Positions 52,912-64,000 of a stretch of 64,000 nt of DNA are shown here, one piece after another (position 1 is the stretch's first letter; each line of letters begins with the position of its first letter). This DNA is from Cladosporium halotolerans (taxonomy: Eukaryota). Location: positions 124,001 through 188,000 of the forward strand of contig NW_027191454.1 in NCBI RefSeq assembly GCF_011745625.1, written 5' to 3'. The notes under the pieces were generated by a model, which was not told the origin of the DNA, did no database searches, and saw only the letters and a list, made by a program, of their open reading frames with translations. The translations under genes were made by a program, and so were the position numbers.

Positions 52912-53241
52912 GTCACCAGGCGCACGAGACTGCTGAAGCCATGTGATGTGCAGGCAAAAGTTACTCGCATGAAGCAGCGATGTTGCGGCGCCGGTCCCCC
53001 AGAAGCACGGGCCAATCGACGTCTCGCTCACTGGCTCGCGGCCCTTCACAAAAAGATTCGGCCCGCTCGCTCTAAAGTTGACGACTCTTGCGGGCACCAC
53101 GCACACACGACACCACTCCCACCGAATACCACCGAGCGCAACCACCAGCGCTCCACCCTATAACATCCCAACAGACAGGAAGCCCGCTTCCTGCCTTCCT
53201 CAGCCAAGCGCGCACCGCGTTCGGCTGCCTCATCCGCAAGC

Positions 53242-55132
53242 ATGGGTAGGTGCACACTTCGCGCGAATATGGACAATTATGGCACGGCGGTGGCAGGCAG
53301 TGTCGGCGGGCACATGGGACAACACATGGTTCCGCGCGCATGGCGCATGGTTCTTAAAAGGCTGACCAACATTCTGCAGCTCCCAAGAAGAAGATGGAGA
53401 AGATGGCCCTGGGCGACTTCCTGGCGGATCAGTGTACGCATACCCCACCGACACCCGGTTGAAGAACATGGACGCTTACACGCTGCAGCGCTCGGATCGT
53501 GGGCCGATGAGATGGACGCACAGCCGCTGCCCTCGGCTTCTGGCTCTGGATACAGCGCCAGGAATGCCCAGAGAGGCGCTGGCGGAGACGAGGGCAACAG
53601 GGCCCTCAACACTTCCGCCTGGGAGCGCTCCGCCGGTGGCGTTGGCGGTGGACGTGTCCCTGGCTTCGGTGAGTTCCCGTTATTGAAGCGCTTCGATTGC
53701 GACAGCACACTGACTCCCCATAGACCGTCCTTTCGCCACTCGTGAGGAACTTCCTATGCCCGACAAGCCCCCGTACACAGCACACCTTGGAAACCTTGCC
53801 TTCGACGTGACCCAGGCCGACATTGAGTCCTTCCTGAGTGGCTGCGAGGTCACCAACATCCGCATCGTTGAGGACAAGCTTGACCACAAGCCCAAGGGTT
53901 TCGGTTACGTCGAGTTCGCAACCGTAGATGGCCTCAAGAAGGCCCTCACCCTCACAGAGTCGTCCTTCATGGGTCGCAACATCAGAGTCAGCATTGCTGA
54001 GCCTCGTAAGTGTCTGAATTTGCCTCCACTGTTCGCACATGTCTAACATCTTCCAGCCAAAGAGCGCATGGAGCCCAGCCGTGACTTCTCCGACTGGTCT
54101 CGCAAGGGCCCGCTCCCCGAACTCCCCGGCCAGGGTCGCCAGCCTAGCAGGGGCTTCAGTCGCGGTAACTTTGACGACAGGTCTGACGCTGGCAGTGAGA
54201 TGGGTGGCAAGAGACCCGGCTACTTCCAGGATGACGGCAAGGTCCGCGATTTCGGTGACTGGTCTCGTAAGGGTCCTCTCTCCCCCACTACTCCCGCCGC
54301 TGCTCCTGCTCGTGAGGGTAGAGGAAACCCCTCCTGGGGTGAGGGTCGCGGATCTGACGCTGGATCTCGTCCCCCGCGCAAGGAATTCCAGGAGAGGGCA
54401 CCTGTGGAGCGTGCTCCGACCGCCGCTGAGCAGGACAACAAGTGGCGCGAGAAGATGCGCGCTGACCCGTCCCCGGTCGCAACCCCTGACGCGTCCACCC
54501 CGTCTTCCCCTCAGGCTCAGGCACCGAAGGAGCGCCCGAGGCTCAACTTGGCGAAGCGCACCGTTTCTGAGGCCAAACCCGATGCTCCCCCTGCTGCCGC
54601 ACCTCAATCAAAGGCCTCGCCGTTCGGCGCTGCCCGTCCTACGGACACTGCCCAGCGCGACCGTGAGGTTGCCGAGAAGCGTGAGATCGCCATCCGCGAG
54701 AAGCGCGAGGCCGACGAGAAGGCCAGGGAGGAGAAGGCTGCCAAGGATGCCGCCGCGAAGCAGGCCCGCCAGGACGAGAAGCCCGCCCCCTCGGGCGAGA
54801 GGCGGACTTCCCGTCAACAGAACGGTCCTCCTAAGAACAACCCCTGGAGACAGAACGGCGAGCAGGGCGACAAGAACGTCAGCATCCTGAAGCGCGACGA
54901 GGCCGACCAGGAAGGCCAGCGCGACATGCCCGATGGCGACGCCAACGGTGACATTGTTGCCGACAAGGAGACCAAGCCCCAGGAGATTGTCAAGGAGATC
55001 CCTCGTGATGCTGCCGAGGGTGCCAAGCAATCTGAGACCACCGCCGACTCCCTCGAGGAAGAGGGCTGGTCCACCGTCGCCGCCAAGCCGAAGAACTCTC
55101 GCCGCGGCGGCACTCGCGCTATGGCCTCCTAG
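53242..55132 (+). CDS. TIF3: Translation initiation factor eIF4B, 5 exons
   Basis: ATGG, intron, then APKKKMEKMALGDFLADQSLGSWADEMD. RRM PPYTAHLGNL...KGFGYVEF. Repeats DWSRKGPL, ERPRLNLAKRT and SPFGAARP. Introns ~53246-53379, 53434-53488, 53669-53723, 54007-54056. Confidence 0.93.
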
Positions 55133-56049
55133 GCGGACGCAAAACTCGCGTGCGTCTCTGAAGCCGGATGATGAACCCCGACCAAAATGTTATTTCCTTC
55201 ACCGAAACCCCCACGACACACTTATGGATGCATGCATGGTACCCCTCAGCGACAATTCCAGGACGCAATTTTCACACGTTGATGCGAACTCCATCGTCAA
55301 CCGCGCCCCACGACACTCCACACTGCAACGCAACACAACCCTGTCTTCCAGCCTACCAGGGCTGGTCGCATAGCCTGCGCTCGTGTATAGATTAACAACG
55401 ACCACTACTTCTCTTTCGAAGAAAAACGAAAAGCTTGACTTGTTCCGGTTGCGCGCAGCGGCGTTTTAATTCCAGGCGCCGGCGCGGAAGCGAAGGCCTC
55501 TCTTCTCTTGTTCTTTGTTGTTTTTGGCATTGCGGGGAAAAGGGAGGTGGGAGGGCGAGAGTTTATTTCTCGTTCGTTTTGCGGTCGAGGTTGGGTTTTG
55601 CATTTCTAGTGAGTTTTGCGAGCCCTTTGTTATTGTCTGCAGAACGAGCAAAAAGAATATGTGTTTTCAATTCTGGTCTTGCCGTTTCACGTTTCAACAG
55701 TCCTTTCGGCGATATGTGTTACAGACAGCGTATAGACGATGTGTTTCATGATGTGGAACCAATTGAGAGTTGATGATTGGGACTCAAGTTGCCAAAAAGA
55801 TAGTATTTCACGATCCGCTTACGATGATCCAGCGCCTTTCCGGCAGCTAGCCTCCTGTCTTTAATGCTCTGCTTTTACGATGGCTTTTACGATGGCCTCC
55901 CAATCGAAGGTTCTCCCGACGTTAGAGACGCAAAGCCAAATCACCTCCAACCATGTGACATGCGCCAGCTACGACGAAGGAACCCCAAGCCTTCACTTCC
56001 AAGCGCAATTCCTTTCAGTATCAAACCCCAGCGTTAGCGTTGTCCTCCC

Positions 56050-56865
56050 TCAACAAGCACTCCTCTTCACACCCTCCCCCTTCTCCTCCCCCTCCCCCTC
56101 CGCCGGCACAATCCACGTAACCAACATCTCCGCCACAGCCCTACACACCCCCAAATCGCCCGCCAGCACCGCGAGCCCGCGCGTCGTCAGGAACCCCTCG
56201 TCGAACAGCGCCTGCACGCCCGCCATGCGGCCCGCGCAGAGCGCCTCGAGCGCTCGCAGGGCGCGGCCGCGCTCGTTGGGGACTACGATCGGGCCGAGAG
56301 CTGTCGAAGGCGCGATTTGGACTTGGAAGCGCAGGGAGCACGGGTTTGGGTGGAGGGGCAGGAGGGGTTTCGTTAGTTGGGCGGTGCCGCCGGCGATGAA
56401 GGTCAGGGTGGCGATTGCGTCTCCCGGCGAGACGGTGATGCGCGGGTTGTAGGTGCCGAGGTTGAGAGAGATGGGGCGGAGGAGGGGCGCGAAGGAGAGA
56501 ATGCCGCTGGTCGCGAGCCAGGAGTCGAGGGTGGCGGCGCGTTCGACATTGGTGAGGATTGCTTGGACCAGGTGGTCGTCGCCTGCGGAGTTGGTGGCGG
56601 GGAAAGAGTAGGCTGTGAGGGTGAGGGCGAGGATTTGGATGGACACCGTCGACCAGAAGAGCGCGAGGGTTTCATGGCGCAATAGGCGGCAGGTTGCGGT
56701 TAGGGCGAGGGCGCTGCGGGTTTTGCTGCGCGGGCCTTTGAGGCGGGCACCGTGCGTGTCGCGGATGTCGAGGTGGATTTCGGTCGCAAGCTGCGAGTGG
56801 AAGAAGTAGGCGTATATGCGGTTGCGAAGTTCGCCGGACAAGGTACCGAAGAGAGAGGCGTCCAT
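56050..56865 (-). CDS. Hypothetical protein with N-terminal F-box-like (LSGELRNRIY) motif
   Basis: MDASLFGTLSGELRNRIYAYFF...ALTATCRLLRHETLALFW, a pattern typical of an expanded Dothideomycete family. Confidence 0.75.
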   Translation of the reverse strand: MDASLFGTLSGELRNRIYAYFFHSQLATEIHLDIRDTHGARLKGPRSKTRSALALTATCRLLRHETLALFWSTVSIQILALTLTAYSFPATNSAGDDHLVQAILTNVERAATLDSWLATSGILSFAPLLRPISLNLGTYNPRITVSPGDAIATLTFIAGGTAQLTKPLLPLHPNPCSLRFQVQIAPSTALGPIVVPNERGRALRALEALCAGRMAGVQALFDEGFLTTRGLAVLAGDLGVCRAVAEMLVTWIVPAEGEGEEKGEGVKRSAC

Positions 56866-57292
56866 GGTGATTATAAGGGCCGCCGGAGATTGGCTGTGGT
56901 GGCCGGGTGCGGGTTGGTGGAAGACAGAGTACATTTTCTGCCTCCTGAAAAGGCACTGGTCCTATTCACATGATTCTTCCTTTCTCTTGAAGTATCTTCA
57001 AGAATGGTGACATGGCTGGTCACATGCGCGAAGTGACTGCCGGCTGCTGGAGGCGATCATGTGAATTTGCTCAACTTCGTGAAGCTCCTCCCCGACAGGG
57101 TGCATTCAATACCTATTAATATCACCACAGAAAAGGCAATTTCTCAAGGAATTGAATTAAGGTCTAAGAGGCGTAGGAAAGATAGGCACAATGTGCGTAT
57201 CGTAGAGAGGACTGGAAAGAGGTCATGGAAGGCGTAGTTGGAAACTTGTGTCGCGTACCGTCGTGATTCTGTATACTCGATAAATTACCCGC

Positions 57293-58922
57293 TCATGATC
57301 CTTTCGCGGACTTGTCAAACGCCTTCTGTCGTTGTCTATTATTCCAATTGAGCGTGCGCGAAATGCTATCGACCCAGTCCTCCTTTTTCCTGTCGAGCGG
57401 CAGCACTGTCGGGAATGGGAAACGAGAAGCTGAGATGGTGACATAGTCTCCAGGTTTCAATTCGCATCTACGATTTGTCAGTGACGATGATAGATCGACC
57501 GAGCAAAGAAAGTGCTCACCTTTCTTTTCCATCAAAGCTAGCCCAGCAGCTGGCTCTCGCATCATATGGAACGCCAAGCCTCAACACCATGGTATCCGGC
57601 AGGATGATCGGTCGGAAGCTCAGTGTGTGGGGCGCGATGGCCGTGAGTAGCATGACAGGGTTGTCGGGATGGCACAAGCTGCCACCCGCAGCAAGGTTGT
57701 ATGCGGTCGACCCAGTAGGCGTCGCGACAGCGATCCCGTCCGCCTGCACGGTTGTGAAATGCTCTTCATCTCCAAAGACCTCGATTGTGCTCATTGTGGG
57801 ATTAGGACCGCGATCAAGCACGATGTCGTTCAGGATATTGTGCGTCCCTTGAGGCTTGTGAGTTGTGGCCATGTCGCGGTCCTCGCCTATCAGTTCGTCG
57901 ATTAGGTCCCTGTCCTCAAAGCAGTCCAGATCAGCCCTTTTCTGTGCTCTCATGATGGTGCCTTCGAAACGCAATCGTAACGACACAGTGACTCCTTCGG
58001 CGAATGCTTGAGTCAAGGTGTTCTGATGGTCGTTGTAGTCGAACTTCGTTAGAAAGCCAAGTGATCCGAGGGCAAAGGACATCACAGGAGGTACGACCCG
58101 CTGGAAGAGCCACGACGAGTAGAGGACCGTGCCATCGCCTCCGAGTGCAACAACAATTTCGAATTGATGCGGCTTCTTCCTGCAGAGCTCAGTATTCCAG
58201 TACCTGATCCGGTCTTTGAAAGTGGGATCCATCTGGGCTAGGCCTTCGGCGTCGAAGATTCTGTTGTCTTTCATGGTGTCTTCTACCCACACGGTGTAGC
58301 TTTCATTGTCAGCATTCCTTTGCTGCAGCAGCCACTTTGAAACGTCTCTCGTGAATTGGATGAGTTTCTTGTCGTGGACTTTCGTCAGCAAAAATACGTT
58401 GCGGACCTTAAGCAGCAGCCGTATATGGCCCAATCTCTTCGACAGTTCGCGTATGTTGAACGCCATATCTGAGAGCTGCTTTTTGGTAAGCAGTCTAGAC
58501 TGCGTATGAGGCGCAATTTGGTCGTATTGGGAATCGGTGACTTTGTCGGTGGCTTTGGCGTGTGCCACCTCGGCTTCTTCGTTGGGGGTCCAATGGCCAT
58601 CTTGTGCTCTGTAGGACAGGAGTGAGTGCACAAAGCATGATGTCGTTTTCCTATGGGCAGATGGCCTGGGGCGAGGTTGTTCCTCGGATTGCTGCATGGA
58701 GGCTCGTCTTCGTGATCGTGAATCAGACTTTTCGAATATCACCTCCAGCCTGTCCTGCAGACTTTCCGAGTCGCTATTGTTATGCTCGTATTCTCCCTGC
58801 ATCTGGTCTCGTCAGCATGATCCGAGATGGATATCACGAGCAGAGCTCCTCACATCGTCCTGTCCCGCACCAAGCTCCGACGCCAGGCCGTTTGATTCGC
58901 CATTAGGTGCTCCCGAGGCCAT
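57293..58922 (-). CDS. ATP-NAD kinase (Utr1/Yef1-like), 3 exons
   Basis: LGGDGT, GSLGFL, LNDIV, ADG...TPTGSTAY.LAAGG, PHTLSFRP, SFDG, LNWN.RQRQK. Introns ~58803-58854 and ~57468-57518. The start codon is tentative. Confidence 0.92.
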
Positions 58923-59476
58923 TTCTTCGCGGGACTCAGGAAGCACCGGATCAGGAAGGAAATATTCGCGGATCTGTATTGGCTGGTCTTGCAGTCCCTT
59001 TATAGGTGTCGTGATTAGGCGCGGTCGGTCTGATTCAGTAATGTAATTGAGGAGAGAGACGCGATATTTCTCACGATTATGACGTTCCCACGCTTCCGAA
59101 GATCAACAGCTGGCGGCCGTGGCTGCATGGGCCGTTGCGAAGAATCCTGGGGAAAAGCGGGTGCAAACCTTCAGGTCGAGAACTTCATCACGACCGTTGA
59201 TTATTTTTGGACGTCCCACAGACCCAGAAACAGAAGCTTCTGTAAGGGGAAGATCAAAAACCACATGTCAATTCGAAAGACACGATCTACACTCGCTCGT
59301 CTGCCCGTCTCTCGTCTTATATCATCGCAAGAAGACGGCTGACTAAAAATTACCAAACCTGCATGTGATCTTATCCAAGACTGTACATCGAAAAAGGCTT
59401 GCGGATTCCGGCAACCGGAAATACTTAGGCCATATCGGAACTATCTTACAATCGGCCGATTCCTTCTGCACCAACA

Positions 59477-60803
59477 ATGTCTCGCTACACCATCACCCCC
59501 TGGCGGACGCAAACCGACCTCCTCGCCGTCCGCGAACAACTTTACACCCTCTCCAGCGGCCCCGACAACCGGCGCTCCGCCGTCGAGCGCATCATGGCCT
59601 GGAAGCTGCGCGGCAACCTCCCGCACGCCGTGGAATCGACCGCCCTCCTCGTCGACGCAATCCTGCACCACGACCTGAGCGTCAACTCGATCTTCAGCGT
59701 GCGCGCCGTCTACGCCGCGGCCTTCACGCGCTTCGTCACGGGCTTCTGCGACATCGGGCGCAACCGCGAGCGCGCGCTCGAGCCCAGCAGCATGCTGGAG
59801 ATCGCGCGCCAGATCGACATGCCGGATGAGTTTGTCGCGCTGCGCCACGAGGCGACGCACGAGGAGCTGCCGAGCGTGCAGCGCTTGGTGGCGGTATGCG
59901 GGCAGGCGCTGGAGTGGCTTTGGAGGGTTTATTGGAGTCGCTTGGTGGAGGAGTCGGTTGTGGAGGTTGCGCCGGTGGATTTGGGGACGGTGAGGGAAGA
60001 GGGGAGGAGGGTGTTGAAGGAGTTTCGCAGCGCGAGGAAGCAGACTTTGAAAGGGAAGGGTGGATCGGCGCAGGGGTTGGTGCAGAAGACTGCGAGCGAG
60101 TGTGAGGCGCTGTGTCGGGGGCAGGAGGATGCGGTTGTGGCGCTGACGGGGGTTTTGCTTGGGGACAAGATGCTGTATCCGTCGGACAGAGAGTGGGTTT
60201 TCCGATGGATTGATTTTCATTCAGGTCTCATTACTGACTTCTAACAGACTCGGCGCTCCCATGAACGGCGCATATCTTCTATGGGACGGCCTTCTGCAAA
60301 CTCTATCCACACAACAACAGTTTCTGCCCGCACTGCTAAAGGGAATGCATGCACGTATGAATCAACCCAGCACTCGACACCAATTTTCGCAGGACCCTGA
60401 GAAGGAGTCATTGCACCATTGGCTGCTACACATCGCCACTTCAGACGCCTGGGGCCAGGTTCGCCGCGCTTCCAAATCCGATGTCGACTCTGAGCTCATG
60501 ACACTTTGCTGTCTGCATCCTAGCTACTGGTCGCAAGCTCTTGGTGAAGAGCTGCTGGAAGCTGGAGATGAGGCCTTCACAGAGTCGTGGTCCGATTTGT
60601 TGAGTGCCAGTGCCATGGCTGGAGGTTCCGGGGTAATGGGAGCTGAGACTAACACTGCATCTCCAGAAGTGGATATGGCTGAAGATGCGGAAGTCGAAGG
60701 AAGTGAAGAGGTTGATTACGGCCGTTCTGATGCTGGCGAAGATCTTGCTGCATGGCGGGAGGCCCTGATGCCACCTTCCGTTCCAATAGGCGTGGTCGGA
60801 TAA
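59477..60803 (+). CDS. LAS1: Las1 HEPN endoribonuclease (ITS2 pre-rRNA cleavage), 2 exons
   Basis: TPW...AWKLRGNLPHAVESTA...RFVTGFCD...LRHEATH (HEPN RphiXXXH). Intron ~60193-60248. Ends PIGVVG*. Confidence 0.93.
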
Positions 60804-60846
60804 AGGAATAGTAATAGATCTATGGGTAGATCTATGGGTATCTTAA

Positions 60847-61698
60847 TTAGAAGAAGCGAAGAAAGAGGATCGCGAAGATAGCGAAGATAATGCCGATGAT
60901 CGCTTTGTCAATCCAGGCCGGAATATCCTCTTGTTGAGTGACAGGCGCACGCCGCTGCTGTATTTGCACCGGAGGAGCTGGGACTGTGCGCGATGGGGCT
61001 GGTGTTTGCGGCGAAGGCGCAACAGCAGGACTGGACGGTTGCCCGTTGTTCTGTGCCGGCGCCGCATTGCTGCTGTCTGTAGCGTTCTCTTCGCTGTTCC
61101 CTTCCGCACCCTTGCCCAAATCCTCTCTGAACGCCAGCCTCAGCTGCTCCGGCACCTCCTCGTCCTTCGCGCTCCCCTCCGCCTTCGCAAGTTCCTCCTG
61201 CTCCTTCATAAGCTCCTCGTTTCCCCTCCCACACCCAGCACACTTCCACGCCCTACTCTCGCCCGCCAACCGCCTCCTCACGCCCTCCGCAACCTCCATC
61301 CCGCCCAACTGCCCCCTGGCATCCGTATCCATAAAGCTCCTAATCGCGACCAGCGCCGTGCGTATTCCCCAAGCAGGCTGCCAGCTCTCCTCATGGTGCC
61401 CGCTGATGGACAGGCAGATCTCGCGGTTGGGCTCGAAGCGGCCGCTGGGTGTCAGGAAGCGGAAGGACGGCGGCTTGAGGGGGTACGCGGGCGGCAGCAC
61501 GATGCGCCCATGGTAGAGGCCGTTTTCGTAGGCGCTGGGCGCGGGTGGTCCGCGGATCGTGAAGTGCCATTCGAAGAGGTCGGTTTCGAGCGGTGCCGCG
61601 TGGTAGTCGGCTGAGGGCGAGGAGGCCAGCTCCGCGGCTTCTTTCATTATGCGTTTGATGGTGGGGTTTTTGGAGGAGAATTGCCCGGCGGTCGACAT
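60847..61698 (-). CDS. ER tail-anchored ubiquitin-conjugating enzyme (Ubc6/UBE2J1-like)
   Basis: KRIMKEA, EWHFTIRGP, YHGRI..P..YP.KPP, TPSGRFE..REICLSIS (catalytic Cys), WQPAW and a C-terminal TM. Confidence 0.93.
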   Translation of the reverse strand: MSTAGQFSSKNPTIKRIMKEAAELASSPSADYHAAPLETDLFEWHFTIRGPPAPSAYENGLYHGRIVLPPAYPLKPPSFRFLTPSGRFEPNREICLSISGHHEESWQPAWGIRTALVAIRSFMDTDARGQLGGMEVAEGVRRRLAGESRAWKCAGCGRGNEELMKEQEELAKAEGSAKDEEVPEQLRLAFREDLGKGAEGNSEENATDSSNAAPAQNNGQPSSPAVAPSPQTPAPSRTVPAPPVQIQQRRAPVTQQEDIPAWIDKAIIGIIFAIFAILFLRFF

Positions 61699-62251
61699 GG
61701 TGGGCGGTGGTGGTGTTGATCGGCCGTGATGAGGTGGGTGGGTGATGACGGATTTTGATAAGGCGGTAGTTGGTATTACGGGCTTATCATGACAGCGTCG
61801 ATGGGCTGGAGTCAGTGGCCAAAGCCAAATCTGGGTATGGTATTATGATATCGATCGAGAAGTTATGGTTGATTGGTAAACAAGATCATTCGTGAATGCA
61901 AGTAGAGGACAACAAACGATGATCAGGCGCCAAGCCGAGGCTCAGGTGGCTCAAGTACCTTATCGTCACTCTGCCCCGGTCTTTCGTATGCGGGGTGAGT
62001 GTCAACGTGCGCCAGCCGCCAGACGGCTTCTAACCTTTTCTTGTTACCTTAGCATAATGCCTCGTGTAAAGTATCGACCTTTGTGCATAGGCCCCGCTCG
62101 CGTTGACCTGCCTGATACAGCCCAGCGCGAACTCACTCGTGCTACCTATCTCCAATCGGTCTCTAATGGATAGGGTAAACATATTTTCTCTAATCATGCC
62201 ATCTCAACAACATCCTCCTCTCCAAATGAAGAATCAGGAAATCAGCACACA

Positions 62252-63025
62252 ATGTCGTCCAAACGTCCCAACCCCAACCCCTCCAACCTCACCTCAAAAC
62301 TCCACACCAATCTCCTTCGCCTCACGCAAATAACCTCCACCCCAACCGGCCTCGACGCCACCCTCGCAACAATCTGCTACACTTGTCTCCTCCTGCACAC
62401 CCACCTCCGCTCCAAACCCCCAGCCCTCAAAACCCTCTACACCACCTTCGAAGATCACCGCATCCTCACCCGCCTCCTCGGCCTCCTTCCGCTCTACGCC
62501 AGCATCGCCGAAGCACGGCAAACCCAACATCGCGATCCGATCGTCAAAACGCTCCTGTACGCTTCGCTCGCGGCGGGGACGGCGTTCCAGGCTCTGGAGA
62601 ATGTGGCGGTGCTGGTGCAGAGGGGGGTTCTGAGGGGGAGGAAGTGGAGGGAGTGGGAGGGGTGGTGCTGGGTCGTGAGTTGTCGGTTTTGGCTGGGGCA
62701 GTTGGTTTTGGAGATTGGGAGGTTGGCTAGGGTGCGGCAGTTGGGGTGGAGGGAGGAGTTGGGGGCGGAGGGGTTGGAGGGCAAGGGTGAGGAGCGAGAG
62801 GGGGGAGAGGTGTGGAGTGGGAGAGGGCAGGTTGAGGTGCAGAGTGCGCGGTTGGCGAGGAAGTGGTGGCGTGAGGTTTACTTGACGGCTGCGTCGGTTC
62901 CATTGGCTATGCACTGGAGTTTTGAGGAGGAGCGGAGTCCGGTTAGCGAGGTGCTGTTCGCTGGTATGGGGCTGATCTCGGGGTTAATTGGATTGCAGGA
63001 CGCTTGGGACGAGGCAGCTGTGTGA
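62252..63025 (+). CDS. PEX11: Peroxin 11-family protein (PEX11C-like)
   Basis: STPTGLDATL.TICY, D.RILTRLLGL, FQALEN, SCRFW, PLAMHWS and a C-terminal TM followed by W. Confidence 0.8.
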   Translation: MSSKRPNPNPSNLTSKLHTNLLRLTQITSTPTGLDATLATICYTCLLLHTHLRSKPPALKTLYTTFEDHRILTRLLGLLPLYASIAEARQTQHRDPIVKTLLYASLAAGTAFQALENVAVLVQRGVLRGRKWREWEGWCWVVSCRFWLGQLVLEIGRLARVRQLGWREELGAEGLEGKGEEREGGEVWSGRGQVEVQSARLARKWWREVYLTAASVPLAMHWSFEEERSPVSEVLFAGMGLISGLIGLQDAWDEAAV

Positions 63026-63143
63026 TTATCGGCTTGTTGGTGGTACAGCTCTTCTATTTACAACCGCTGGGCTAATGCATGGGCGTCTATCGTGACTTAG
63101 ATTTATAACTTTTAAATCGATGCGCGCGTCTTCATTAGATTGA

Positions 63144-63946
63144 TCAAGCTTTCTCCGCTAGCTTGTCCGGCAGGATGCGGCCTTCGATGAGACGCATGAC
63201 TCTGTTCGTCTGTTCGGCGAGTGAAAGTGTGAGGATCTGGAGAAAGTAAGTGTTAGCTTAGCGACTCTCACGTGCTTCAAGCGTTCTCAATCACTCACGG
63301 TATGAGGCAGGATGCGGGCCAAATGCGCGAAGAAACCCTTGTACACCGCTAGAGGGCCCTCAGTCTTGACCGTCCGGATCAAGCAATCGAGGGCGCTGCC
63401 GTAGAGGTTGCCAGTCTGATTGTACATGCGACTCATGACGGTGTCAGGAGGGTGCATGACCACACACACGACGAAACCGGAGCAAGCCGAAGACATCAAA
63501 TGCAGCGCAGGACCTTCCTCCATGCCCAAGTGTCTCACGAGTCTCCTCTTCGCGAAAAAGTATGTCGGAAGCTGCACACTGGAACCAAAACCTGTCCGGA
63601 CCATCGCAGGAACAACACCACGGTAAAGACCCTTGACACCCTCCGCTTTGTAAATCTGTTTCATTCCGTCGGCAGCGTTTCGGTAGTTGTGTTGTGTCCC
63701 CACAGGAAGGAAGGGAGAGTAGGATTGGAGGCGAGTCTTGACGAGGAAGAACGGTGAACCAGCTGCTGCGCCGAGGACGCCAGACGCGGCACCGGAGAAG
63801 ATGTTGACAGGAAGTGATTGTAGGTTCTTGACGTCTGCGTCTTGGGTGTGCATAGGAGAGCGGTGGAGGACGAGAGAGTTGACGCTGAGGCGGAGGGGTT
63901 CATAAAAGCCGAGGCGGCAGCCATTGAGGGTCATTTGGTAGATATA
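63144..63946 (-). CDS. OAC1: Mitochondrial oxaloacetate/sulfate carrier, 3' part (5' end beyond window)
   Basis: YQMTLNGCRLGFYEP, PFFLVKTRLQS..VGTQH, GSSVQLPTY, PPDTVMSRMYNQ, ARILPHT, intron, ILTL. Stop at 63144. An intron acceptor at ~63947 leads out of the window. Confidence 0.92.
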
Positions 63947-64000
63947 CTGTATTAGAAGTTAGCATGCCTCCTTCCAGCGACCATGTGGCCGATTTCCCTA

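Overview
Eukaryotic, intron-containing filamentous-ascomycete DNA. It looks like a Dothideomycete, probably Capnodiales/Mycosphaerellales; this is inferred from intron signals and gene families. About 20 protein genes are supported. Conserved genes include CDC48, TRAP-alpha/IRC22, HSP12, a Zn2Cys6 factor, an Hsl1/Gin4-type kinase, a C2H2 factor, Ase1, a heme oxygenase, a Tim17-family protein, eIF4B, NAD kinase, Las1, a Ubc6-like E2, PEX11 and a truncated OAC1. An accessory-looking block at about 31.8-40.4 kb opens with a degenerate 5S rRNA copy and a 3-copy tandem repeat. It then carries a membrane protein, a fragmented ORF, an intronless cupin resembling the bacterial DMSP lyase DddW, a 15-intron Dal5-type MFS transporter and a Cys-tagged SprT-like metalloprotease. 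The most notable signals are the DddW-like gene and about ten recurring 0.6-0.9 kb domains where the + strand switches from C-rich through a GC core to G-rich, regardless of gene orientation. No transposase, Starship captain, CRISPR array or tRNA was recognised. All calls were made by eye, with no database searches.
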